DNA of 64,000 nucleotides from an uncultured Nitrososphaeria archaeon (GTDB taxonomy: Archaea > Thermoproteota > Nitrososphaeria > JACIWG01): contig CAYUWR010000011.1 in NCBI GenBank assembly GCA_964448685.1, forward strand, positions 23,007-87,006, written 5' to 3'. Below the pieces are notes generated by a model. That model worked only from the letters and a program-made list of their open reading frames with translations. It made no database searches and was not told where the DNA came from. Positions 10,057-18,869 of the stretch are shown piece after piece. The first letter of the stretch is position 1. Every line of letters starts with the position of its first letter. A program made the translations under genes and the position numbers.

Positions 10057-10103
10057 TTCTGCACAAAAACGGTAATAAGCTATGGCTTCAGTGGGTTAGA
10101 GGG

Positions 10104-11321
10104 ATGGAAGTCGAAGAAGACATTGGAAGATTGAGGGATGACATTGAGAGAGTAGGCTTTGGCCTATCCTACAACGGCAACAGTACCCTCAAAGGAAGGA
10201 GAGTCAAGATACTTGACAGCACCCTCAGAGAAGGAGAACAGTTTCCAGGATGCTCGTTCACAAACAGCGAGAGAGTACAGATAGCTTGGACATTAGACTT
10301 CTTGGGCGTGGACGCGATCGAAATAAGTCCCATCATTTCAGACCAGCATATGGAGGCCTGCAAGAAGATAGTCAAAGCCGGACTAAAAGCTACGATCGTA
10401 GCACATGGCAGGGCGCTGAAAAGGGATATCGATCAAGCAATCCAATGTGACGCAGGATTCGTGGCTTTGTATCACTCGGTTTCAGACATACACTTAAAGT
10501 ATAAGCTTCACGTCAGCAGAGAACAGGCGCTTTCTAGAACCATAGAAGCGGTAGACTATGCCAAGAAACATGGTCTCAAACTTAGGGTGACCCTAGAGGA
10601 CGCGAGCAGGGCAGACCCAGAATACGTGACCAAGTTTGCAAGAGAACTGGAGAAGGCTCATGTGGACAGAATAAGCCTACCAGACACCGTCGGCATCATG
10701 ACACCCGGAGGCATGTATAGGCTCGTCAAAATGGTCAAAGACAATGTGAACATCCCCTTGGACGTACACTGCCACAACGACATGGGACTCGCGCTAGCCA
10801 ACTCGATAGCAGGGCTAGAGGCCGGCGCAGAGCAGATCCATGTCACAGCAAACGGGTTAGGCGAAAGAGTTGGAATCCCCGACCTTTCGCAGGCATCTCT
10901 AGCCCTAAGATACCTCTATGGCGCAGACGTCAACATAAGGTTCAACATGCTATTTGACCTGGCAAAGTTGGTTGAAGAATACACAAGAATCCCTGTTCCA
11001 GACTCCGCACCATTAGTTGGAGCAAACGCATACAAGCACAAAGCAGGCACACATGTAGCCGCAGTCCTCAGAAACCCGAAGACATATGAGCTGATACCGC
11101 CTAAGGTGGTCGGGAACAAGAGGAGGCTCGTGTTCGGCGGGCTGATTGGAAAAAATGGAGCCGAATTCCTGCTGAAGATGTTTGGGATACAGGCTCAAGG
11201 CGAAGGTGGAAAACTAGTTTCGGGACTGAAGGATCTCGGAATAGACCTTTTCGAGTTGGAGCTCACCGAAGAAATGGAGGAGCTTCTTAAGAGGGAGGGA
11301 GAAGTACTGAACAGGGTATAA
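10104..11321 (+). CDS. homocitrate synthase-like enzyme (LeuA/HCS/CimA family, lacks the LeuA regulatory domain)
   Basis: ILDSTLREGEQ and HxHNDxG (HCHNDMG) DRE-TIM metallolyase motifs. The 405-aa length fits HCS/CimA rather than full LeuA. Placement in the lys cluster favours homocitrate synthase. Confidence 0.8.
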   Translation: MEVEEDIGRLRDDIERVGFGLSYNGNSTLKGRRVKILDSTLREGEQFPGCSFTNSERVQIAWTLDFLGVDAIEISPIISDQHMEACKKIVKAGLKATIVAHGRALKRDIDQAIQCDAGFVALYHSVSDIHLKYKLHVSREQALSRTIEAVDYAKKHGLKLRVTLEDASRADPEYVTKFARELEKAHVDRISLPDTVGIMTPGGMYRLVKMVKDNVNIPLDVHCHNDMGLALANSIAGLEAGAEQIHVTANGLGERVGIPDLSQASLALRYLYGADVNIRFNMLFDLAKLVEEYTRIPVPDSAPLVGANAYKHKAGTHVAAVLRNPKTYELIPPKVVGNKRRLVFGGLIGKNGAEFLLKMFGIQAQGEGGKLVSGLKDLGIDLFELELTEEMEELLKREGEVLNRV

Positions 11322-11335
11322 GATGGCTGATCAAC

Positions 11336-12190
11336 TTGACAAAGATATCCATACTATACGATGTCATAAGATGGGAGGAGAAAGCCTTACGTGAGGCAGG
11401 AGAGAGACTTGGCGTCGAAGTCGAAATGGTCGACGTCAAAGAGGAGCTCTTTGACGCCTCCAAGCCCCTTGACGAGAAATATGGTGAAGTAGCCCTTCAG
11501 AGAAGCGTCAGCTACTATCGAAACCTTCACACAACCGCCTTCCTCGAGTACAAAGGGAAGAAGGTAATCAACTCACTGGCTACAGCCACCATCACGGGAA
11601 ACAAGATGTTCACAACCCTGCTGCTAGAAAAGAACAGGATTCCGACACCACATACGATCCTGGCCCTGACGTCAGAGATGGCCATGAAGGCCTTCAGAGA
11701 ACAGTTCAAGGGAAAGGCGGTCCTGAAGCCCGTCAGCGGCAGCTGGGGTCGACTCATAGCCCTATTGAACAACGAGCCCGCTGCACTCGCAGTCTTCGAA
11801 GACAGAGACTACATGTATCCCATGTATCAACTCTACTATCTACAAGAATATGTCGAGAGGCCTCCGAGAGACCTTAGGATATTTGTGGTAGGCGACGAAG
11901 TCGTAGCTGGAATATATAGGTATCAACCAGAAGCCGACTGGAGAACAAACACTGCGAGAGGGGGAAAGGCGATCAAATGTGAGATAACGTCAGAAATGAG
12001 AGAGTTAGCGTTGAAGTCCGCGAGGGCAGTGGGAGGGGGAGTCTTCGGTGTGGACATGATGGAGTCCCCAGATGGGCTCATCGTCCACGAAGTCAACAAC
12101 ACTACAGAATTCAAGAACACGGTGCCTGCGACAGGCATCGACATACCAGGCATCATCATGAGATATGTGATAGAACAGGCTAGGAGATAG
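11336..12190 (+). CDS. second RimK-type ATP-grasp ligase paralog (LysX/ArgX)
   Basis: ISILYDVIRWEEKALRE is paralogous to the gene at 5681-6535. TTG start 14 nt after the hcs stop. Confidence 0.85.
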   Translation: MTKISILYDVIRWEEKALREAGERLGVEVEMVDVKEELFDASKPLDEKYGEVALQRSVSYYRNLHTTAFLEYKGKKVINSLATATITGNKMFTTLLLEKNRIPTPHTILALTSEMAMKAFREQFKGKAVLKPVSGSWGRLIALLNNEPAALAVFEDRDYMYPMYQLYYLQEYVERPPRDLRIFVVGDEVVAGIYRYQPEADWRTNTARGGKAIKCEITSEMRELALKSARAVGGGVFGVDMMESPDGLIVHEVNNTTEFKNTVPATGIDIPGIIMRYVIEQARR

Positions 12191-12196
12191 CAGCAG

Positions 12197-13279
12197 ATGA
12201 ACCCAGTTGACCTCCTATATGAGCTTGTAAGCCAATACTCTCCAAGTGGAAGCGAGGGGACGATTTCAGAGCGAATAAGGCTACTGCTCCTCCAAGAACT
12301 CAAAGCAGACCGAGCATACCATGATGTGGCAGGAAACGTGATCGGCGTCCACGATGGAGAGGAGCCCACAATCCTTCTCTGCGGACATATCGACACCGTA
12401 CCAGGAGAACTGCCTGTCAAAATAGACAACAACTTCGTCTACGGCAGGGGCGCGGTGGACGCGAAGGCGCCGATGGCCGCCTTCCTCTACACCTTATATG
12501 AGCTCAAAAAAATTGCATTTCAGAAGAAGATTATCGTAGCCGGAGTCGTCGGCGAAGAGGACACAGGAAAAGGAATAAGGCAGCTGATAAAGGATGACAT
12601 CAAGCCATCGTTCGCGATCTTCGGGGAACCCTGTTCGTTGACCAACATAGTTGTAGGATATAGGGGAGGAGTACGTCTCGGACTCGAGTTCAAAACCGAA
12701 AGCTTTCACGCTAGCTCACCATGGCTTGGAAAGAGCGCAGTCGACGCAGCAATCGAGCTCTGGACACACATTAGAAGATACAATGAGCTTGCAGCAGGCC
12801 AAGAAAAAAAGTTCAATACCGTAAGCGCCTGCCTCACAAAGATTTCAGGTGGAGAATCACATAACATGACCCCTTCAAGCTGTAGGATGGCCTTGGACAT
12901 AAGGTTCCCTCCTTCAATCGAAGGTAGAAGGATAGTTGGGGAAATAGAGGCTGAAGCCAAGAGGATATGTGAAAAGAAGATCGATTTCAAGATAGAAGTT
13001 GAAGACTTCACACCCCCATATACAGCACCAGTCAAGAGCAAACTTGTAGAAGCCTTCAAGCAAGCAGTCAGAAGGGTGAAGGGAACAGATGCCAAACTCG
13101 TCAGAAAGACAGGCTCCGGTGACATGAACATATTTGGGACAGAGGAGAAAGTGCCCTCTATAACATTCGGAGCAGGCGACCCAAAACTCTCACACACCCC
13201 CCACGAGAAAGTGAGCATTGCAGAGTATCTGGATAGCATCAAAGTTTTGAAAGAGGCATTAATCATACTGTCACAATAG
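12197..13279 (+). CDS. lysK: M20-family deacylase LysK/ArgE (releases lysine/ornithine from LysW)
   Basis: GHIDTVPGE metal-binding motif of ArgE/DapE-type M20 peptidases. It is the last gene of the cluster. Confidence 0.85.
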   Translation: MNPVDLLYELVSQYSPSGSEGTISERIRLLLLQELKADRAYHDVAGNVIGVHDGEEPTILLCGHIDTVPGELPVKIDNNFVYGRGAVDAKAPMAAFLYTLYELKKIAFQKKIIVAGVVGEEDTGKGIRQLIKDDIKPSFAIFGEPCSLTNIVVGYRGGVRLGLEFKTESFHASSPWLGKSAVDAAIELWTHIRRYNELAAGQEKKFNTVSACLTKISGGESHNMTPSSCRMALDIRFPPSIEGRRIVGEIEAEAKRICEKKIDFKIEVEDFTPPYTAPVKSKLVEAFKQAVRRVKGTDAKLVRKTGSGDMNIFGTEEKVPSITFGAGDPKLSHTPHEKVSIAEYLDSIKVLKEALIILSQ

Positions 13280-13351
13280 ACAATACTCTTATATGGCCCA
13301 GACAATACCACAGGCAAATCTTTATAACCAATCCATCCATCCAACAGGCAC

Positions 13352-13663
13352 ATGAGTGAAGCTCCAACAGAAGGTGTGCCAAAAGCAACCGTTGCAACAA
13401 AGAAGAATATGGCTGTGATCATTCTTGTGATAGGACTCGTGTTCTTGATTATACCTTTTGCCTTCGCAGTCAACACATTCCTAAACTACAGGGAAATTGC
13501 TAAGCCCACAGACGGGAGCATATCGGGTGCCCTCATCAGTGTCAGCTTCGACCTCATAGACCTCGTGGCAAAACTGGCATTCTTGGGAATCTGTGTCTGG
13601 ATAGGGGCGATCGTCTTAAAAAATGGAATCGACCTATTCAGAGACAAAAGTGATATCAAGTGA
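13352..13663 (+). CDS. small membrane protein (2 predicted TM helices)
   Basis: Hydrophobic stretches VIILVIGLVFLIIPFAFAV and LAFLGICVWIGAIVL. Its stop overlaps the next start. Confidence 0.5.
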   Translation: MSEAPTEGVPKATVATKKNMAVIILVIGLVFLIIPFAFAVNTFLNYREIAKPTDGSISGALISVSFDLIDLVAKLAFLGICVWIGAIVLKNGIDLFRDKSDIK

Positions 13664-14055
13664 GAGGATTTGTCTTCGTAGCTCTTTCACTCGCCTTTTT
13701 GGGAATAGGCACAATCTTGGTCGCGCCCATGGCCCAGTTCATTTACGAGGAATACTCAAACCCTAGAACATTCTACATAGACAGCGGCTATACTCAACAC
13801 AACAGCACACACGTCGAATTATCCTTCACAATAGGATACAATGGAACTGTTCCATTAGACGATTTCGACGCAAAGATCTGGTTTGGAGAAAACGTTGCTG
13901 AAGCAAAGACCGCAACCCTCACCAGAGGCCAAACGATCGTCTCAAAGATGCTCTTGCCAACAGCTGAAGCCGAGAGCCTTTCAACTGTCAAAGCGAGAGT
14001 CAAGTTTGTCCTAGCAGGCATATACCCAATAGAGATCCTGGTGACCCAGAGTTGA
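13660..14055 (+). CDS. secreted/anchored small protein with an N-terminal signal-anchor
   Basis: N-terminal hydrophobic segment followed by a polar beta-rich domain. 4-nt overlaps with both neighbours. Confidence 0.5.
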   Translation: MRGFVFVALSLAFLGIGTILVAPMAQFIYEEYSNPRTFYIDSGYTQHNSTHVELSFTIGYNGTVPLDDFDAKIWFGENVAEAKTATLTRGQTIVSKMLLPTAEAESLSTVKARVKFVLAGIYPIEILVTQS

Positions 14056-14480
14056 ACCTTAGGTCGAAGGTGTTCAAGTTCACCTGGAAAGTTTCATATG
14101 GAGTGCTGTCAGGAATACTCTGGTATCTGCTGTATGTGTACATAATACCAGGCCTCTTGGCCGCTGTAGGATTACCCTTCGAGGAGGCCCCGGAATTCTT
14201 CATGTTTCTTCTAGCATTCTTCATAGCCTTACAGACTTCAGCATCTCTACTGGAGAACCTAGTCTACAGGTTCCTATTGAACTCTCTAACAAAGACTCTT
14301 GGGCTCTGGCTTCTATTCAGCCTACTAAACGATGGAATCCTTTCAACAAGTCGGTCTGCAGAGGGAATCACAGTGAACATGACAATAGACCTAACACCTA
14401 TCCTGTTCCTCCTAGCCTCCTGGACCTTCACAACGATCCTCCTAGACCTTGTTGGATCGATGTCGAAACCTTACCTGTGA
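14052..14480 (+). CDS. polytopic membrane protein (about 4 TM)
   Basis: Multiple hydrophobic helices. Operonic with the genes on either side. Confidence 0.5.
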   Translation: MNLRSKVFKFTWKVSYGVLSGILWYLLYVYIIPGLLAAVGLPFEEAPEFFMFLLAFFIALQTSASLLENLVYRFLLNSLTKTLGLWLLFSLLNDGILSTSRSAEGITVNMTIDLTPILFLLASWTFTTILLDLVGSMSKPYL

Positions 14481-14544
14481 CCACCCCGTCAAGAAGATCA
14501 AAACATTTAGATAACACATATCCGTTTGCTGCAATCGCATCAGA

Positions 14545-15618
14545 ATGTTCAAAGCTCAACAGCCTCCGCAGGATTGGAGACCAGCCCTCAGGTCCCAAGT
14601 CAATCAAAGCCTATCCAAGCTATCACAGGTCGAGGCGCAGGCCAACTGGCTCTCGGGGTCGATAGCCTACGTCGACAGCATGGCAACGTCGCTACCATCC
14701 AGGTTCAAGGCATTGAGGGCAAGTGGCTTCGTCCACAGAATGGCCACCGAGCGGCAGATGAACGAATTCATCGAAAAATGGAACATGGCACGATCAAGCC
14801 TTTCCACCGAAGTCGAAGCATTATCCAGGCAGCTGAGGACTGAAATAGATTCATTTAAGAGCGAAGGAAACACCCTATTATATAGAATAGGCCAGCCGTT
14901 CGCGATCGAACCTCTAGTCAGGGGAGAAGTCAACCTATTCAACTCTAGAGTCGAAAGCTTCATCTCAAGGGCATACGGCCAGATAAGTCAGGCGAAGACA
15001 GGACTCGCCGAACTCAGACAGAACATCGAAAAAATTGAGAAGACCGTTCTCGAAGCCGAAGACTCCATCAGCGCAGTCCGATCAGCCTCATTTGCCCTCA
15101 TCGACAGAGAGCATCCAATATTAAGTGTCAAAGCGAAGAAGCTGGAGCCAGGACAGAAGAATGATGGCAGAATAATTGTGACCGACCAAAGACTGCTGTA
15201 CGAGGTTGAAAAGGAGGTTGTCGTAGAAAAGAAGCTCTTCGTAGCCACAAAGACAAAGATGGATAGAGCACTTGACCTAGAGATACCATTTGGGTTGATC
15301 GCGGAAGCACACAAGGGGAGAGTTGGGCTGATAGCCTGGGAAGGAGTATACATAGAGCTTAGGTCAGGCCAAAAGTTCAAGGAAGCCGTCTTCGACACAA
15401 AAGGAGATGACACAGAAAGGCTCATTGAAGCAGTGAACTACGTTCTCTCGGGTCAGGCGGACAAGGACAAGGTGACTACAGAAGCTGAAGAAAAACCTCA
15501 AGAGGGCGCTAGAGCCTTCTTTTGCATCAAGTGCGGAGCACCCCTCGACATACCCACAGCCAGGGGAATCTCAGAAGCAACCTGCAAATACTGTGGCACA
15601 AAGAACAAGATCAAATAA
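14545..15618 (+). CDS. coiled-coil protein with a PH-like central region and a C-terminal Zn-ribbon
   Basis: N-terminal 180 aa are heptad-rich. C-terminus FFCIKCGAPLD...CKYCGTKNK is a CxxC...CxxC motif. Confidence 0.6.
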   Translation: MFKAQQPPQDWRPALRSQVNQSLSKLSQVEAQANWLSGSIAYVDSMATSLPSRFKALRASGFVHRMATERQMNEFIEKWNMARSSLSTEVEALSRQLRTEIDSFKSEGNTLLYRIGQPFAIEPLVRGEVNLFNSRVESFISRAYGQISQAKTGLAELRQNIEKIEKTVLEAEDSISAVRSASFALIDREHPILSVKAKKLEPGQKNDGRIIVTDQRLLYEVEKEVVVEKKLFVATKTKMDRALDLEIPFGLIAEAHKGRVGLIAWEGVYIELRSGQKFKEAVFDTKGDDTERLIEAVNYVLSGQADKDKVTTEAEEKPQEGARAFFCIKCGAPLDIPTARGISEATCKYCGTKNKIK

Positions 15619-15660
15619 ACCTTTTAATTTAAGATATCCATGCAACAACAGTGATATCTG

Positions 15661-16608
15661 TTGGATACAGCTGTCGGCATAGACTTGGGCGCAACCAACG
15701 TAAGAGTAGCCATCGGCGTAAGAGACGGCAGAATCCTTTCGAAGATCGTAAAGAGGACCGTTCGAGAAGGAGACGAATACGCCCTCAGCAGACAGATCAT
15801 AGAGATGGTACGCGAGCTACCCAGAGAACTATTAGAGAATGCTATTGAAGTCAATATTGGAACAGTTGGACCACTCGACCAACGTCTAGGCTCCATTTCC
15901 CCACCAAATCTCCCATTCAAACGCTCCTACCTCGTCAAACCAATATCCATGGAATTCGGCCTACCAGTCAAGATGTACAACGACTGCGTAGCCGCGGTAA
16001 TAGGAGAAAAGTTCTTCGGCCAAGGAAGAGGAGTTGACAACCTTGTCTACGTCACCATAAGCAGCGGAATAGGAGGCGGCGTCTTCGCAGATGGAAGACT
16101 ACTCTTGGGAAGAGATGGAAACGCCCACGAGATAGGACACTTAACCATCGACGTAAACGGAGAACTTCGGTGCGGCTGCGGCAAACGCGGCCACTGGGAG
16201 GCCTACTGTTCAGGCGTAAATATTCCCAACCATACGAGGCTGATCGCGGAAAATATAGAAAAAGAAGCGCTAGAGAAAAGCCTACTCTATGATAGATTAA
16301 ATGCTGTGACAAGCAAAGAAGTCTTTGATGCAGCAAAAAAAGGCGACCACTTCGCCTCCTCAGTCATAGAAAGAGTTGGCAGATACAACGCAATAGGATT
16401 TGCCAACGTCATCAACAGCTACGACCCAGAACTCATCATCATCGGAGGGTCTGTAGCACTCAACAACAAGGAACTCATTCTCAGACCTATACTAGAGAAG
16501 GTCGGAGACTACGCCGTAAACAGAATTCCGGAGATAAAGTTCACAGAATTAGGAGACGAAGTCGGACTCTATGGGGCAATCGCAGCAGGATTCTATATGA
16601 AATCCTGA
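15661..16608 (+). CDS. ROK-family sugar kinase (glucokinase-like)
   Basis: N-terminus GIDLGATNVRVA and the Zn motif CGCGKRGHWEAYCSG are ROK hallmarks. TTG start. Confidence 0.85.
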   Translation: MDTAVGIDLGATNVRVAIGVRDGRILSKIVKRTVREGDEYALSRQIIEMVRELPRELLENAIEVNIGTVGPLDQRLGSISPPNLPFKRSYLVKPISMEFGLPVKMYNDCVAAVIGEKFFGQGRGVDNLVYVTISSGIGGGVFADGRLLLGRDGNAHEIGHLTIDVNGELRCGCGKRGHWEAYCSGVNIPNHTRLIAENIEKEALEKSLLYDRLNAVTSKEVFDAAKKGDHFASSVIERVGRYNAIGFANVINSYDPELIIIGGSVALNNKELILRPILEKVGDYAVNRIPEIKFTELGDEVGLYGAIAAGFYMKS

Positions 16609-16981
16609 GCAATATAGGATCAGGCTTAAACAAGTGGAGGAGGAACTTCCTAAACCTCCTCTAGCTCGTGACCCAGAAGAAGGTTTCGGCGGTAGTCGTT
16701 GCTTTCCAGGTTCGGGTTTGAGACCTTCCAGCGACTTTGCTCACAGTTCGGCACGAGCATCCTAGTGACGAACCGAGAAGAGAAAACCTCGAATAAGGAG
16801 CTAGTCAACGACCTCATCACAATCATTCCCACTTCGGAGACAAACTCTACGGTATGCGTTCCCACAAGTATGATGAGGGGGTAAGAGGTGCAAGGAAGCT
16901 CCTCGCAGGTTAGAGCTTACACCGTAAAGTACTCTCAGGACGTGGGCGACTTCATCACAGACCAGTCACGTTTTCCAAAAC

Positions 16982-17461
16982 CTAAGGTTCCCTCTTCACG
17001 TGAGAGGCTATCTTGGAGAACCATTCGGGAACTTCGACCACTTCGATTCTCCTGAAGGGAGTGTATGGTTTTATGTCCAAGACCGGGGTTCCATCGTAAA
17101 CATCCAGACCTGAGACATAGATAGCCTTACACTTGATTTCAGTCACACGAACTATCGTGAGCCCTATAGGGTTAGGTCGATGGGGGGAATCGCTTGCAAA
17201 GACGCCAACTTCGGGAAGGAGTTCAACAGGGACACCTGACTGCTGAAGGCGGCGAAACCTCACCTTGAGAACCTTCCTCGCTTCAGCGTCAACCTTGTTC
17301 AAGAAAGTGAGCAGAATCAGATGTGAGAAGCCTTCGAGCAGATGCAGCCCTTCTTTGAATTCGTCATATATTTCTATCACGCCTTCTACAGAGCCTTTTC
17401 TCTGCAAGTCATCGTCTTCGACGTCAACGTGTACGACACCGATCGGGCATAACTCAATCAT
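16982..17461 (-). CDS. TsaA/YaeB-family tRNA (m6t6A37) methyltransferase TrmO-like
   Basis: MIELCPIGVVH...HRPNPIGL...DGTPVLDIKPY motifs of the UPF0066/TsaA family. Confidence 0.8.
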   Translation of the reverse strand: MIELCPIGVVHVDVEDDDLQRKGSVEGVIEIYDEFKEGLHLLEGFSHLILLTFLNKVDAEARKVLKVRFRRLQQSGVPVELLPEVGVFASDSPHRPNPIGLTIVRVTEIKCKAIYVSGLDVYDGTPVLDIKPYTPFRRIEVVEVPEWFSKIASHVKREP

Positions 17462-17558
17462 ATTAAGTCAGGTATCTTGATCGCAGCATTAAATCCTTTC
17501 GGAATCTAAGTCGCACAAGATGGATATTATGGGAAACCCAGGCATAACCTCAATTGGG

Positions 17559-17864
17559 CTAAAGCCGCCTATCTCTTCTCATCCTCTCATATAGCTCTTC
17601 AAAGTTTCTGCAAGCCAAAACCAAGACAGATCTTTCAGACAAGCCAAGCTCTAGAACTTTTTCTTCATCCTGGAGATCACGGTCTTTCAATCTTAGAAGG
17701 TAGAGGTCTAAGTATGGTATGCTCAAGTAGCCTAGAACCGTCGCCTTCACTTGCCCGACTGTCGTCTCTCCGCCCACATTCACTCTTACTATATTTCTCG
17801 AGAATATCCGCTCGCTCTTCGAGTAAGCGTTTGAGAAGTCGACTGAAACAACTGTTTCCGGCAT
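17559..17864 (-). CDS. small ubiquitin-like (beta-grasp) domain protein
   Basis: Internal Met of track ORF 17559..17966 is chosen as the start. IVRVNVGGETTVGQVKATVLGYLSIP...VLELGLSERSVLVL resembles a ubiquitin fold. It has no C-terminal GG. Confidence 0.35.
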   Translation of the reverse strand: MPETVVSVDFSNAYSKSERIFSRNIVRVNVGGETTVGQVKATVLGYLSIPYLDLYLLRLKDRDLQDEEKVLELGLSERSVLVLACRNFEELYERMRRDRRL

Positions 17865-17874
17865 ACCATGTTCA

Positions 17875-18813
17875 TCATATGTACCCCATCTTTCTCGAAA
17901 TCTCCTCCAGCCGTCTGATCCTCTTCTCTGTCGACGGATGTGTACTGAAGAGCTCCAGCAGCCCACTTCCCCTAAACGGGTTAGCTATCCAAAGCGACGC
18001 AGTTGAAGGAGAAGCATTTAGTGGAGCACCACGGTAGATCATCTGCTCTATCTTAGAAAGAGCGTTTATCAGCGACCTAGGTCTTCCAGTCAACACCGCA
18101 CTAGCTTCGTCCGCGTAATATTCTCTATTTCTTGAGATAGCCAGCCGGACGAACGTGGCAGCCAATGGAGCCAAAATCGCCGCGCCAAGAGCGGCAGCAC
18201 TTCTTCCAGCATCATCCCTGCTCCTTCCTGATCCACCAAATATGAGGAACCACATGATGATGTTGCCGATGTAGGAGATTGCGGTCGCAATCGAGGCAGC
18301 AACAGTTGAAACCAGCATATCCCTGTGAACAACATGCCCAATTTCGTGGGCGAGAACTGCTTCAACCTCGTCATCGTTCATCATGTTAAGTAGGCCTGTT
18401 GTAGCCGCGACCACAGCATGCTCTTTGCTTCTTCCCGTTGCAAAGGCATTCGGTTGAGGGCTCTTGACGATCGCGACTTTCGGCTTAGGTACTCCAGCCT
18501 TAGCCGCCATTCTGGAAACTATCGAATGGAGCCTCGGCGCTTCGTCTTCACCCACTATCTTGGCGCCGGTCGTAGCCAAGACAAGCCTGTCGCTTATGAA
18601 GTACATGACAAAGTTTAAGGCGAGAGCGAACACGAGGAACCAGGAGGCAAGTTCAAGACCTCCAATCACAAATCCTAAGGCTACAAATATTCCTCCGAGT
18701 GCGGCGAACAGTACAGCCAACTTCAAGTATGCATTAACACTGCTACCGAAGGAGAGGCTCATAGAACATCCGTCTAGACGCCATCTAAGCCACCTAATAT
18801 AAACTTTACTCAA
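17875..18813 (-). CDS. htpX: HtpX-like M48 zinc metalloprotease
   Basis: HEIGHVVHRD HExxH motif, an N-terminal TM helix, and EYYAD downstream. The true start may be the internal MSLSFGSS. Confidence 0.88.
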   Translation of the reverse strand: MSKVYIRWLRWRLDGCSMSLSFGSSVNAYLKLAVLFAALGGIFVALGFVIGGLELASWFLVFALALNFVMYFISDRLVLATTGAKIVGEDEAPRLHSIVSRMAAKAGVPKPKVAIVKSPQPNAFATGRSKEHAVVAATTGLLNMMNDDEVEAVLAHEIGHVVHRDMLVSTVAASIATAISYIGNIIMWFLIFGGSGRSRDDAGRSAAALGAAILAPLAATFVRLAISRNREYYADEASAVLTGRPRSLINALSKIEQMIYRGAPLNASPSTASLWIANPFRGSGLLELFSTHPSTEKRIRRLEEISRKMGYI

Positions 18814-18869
18814 CCTGTTAAATTCTTTTGACAGGAAACCATTTTTATCGCCATTCCAAAGTAGGGTAA

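Noticed and set aside
14477-14843. Track ORFs 14477..14665 and 14526..14843, overlapping the 5' end of the coiled-coil protein gene
   Set aside because: Arg/Ser/Pro-rich low-complexity translations in alternative frames of a gene with coherent coiled-coil periodicity.
16609-16981. Specific identification of this interval as SRP (7S) RNA or RNase P RNA
   Set aside because: Only vague resemblance to helix-8-like motifs. I could not find the conserved GGAAGGAAGCAGC-type or CR-I/CR-V RNase P motifs. It is retained only as a generic ncRNA candidate.
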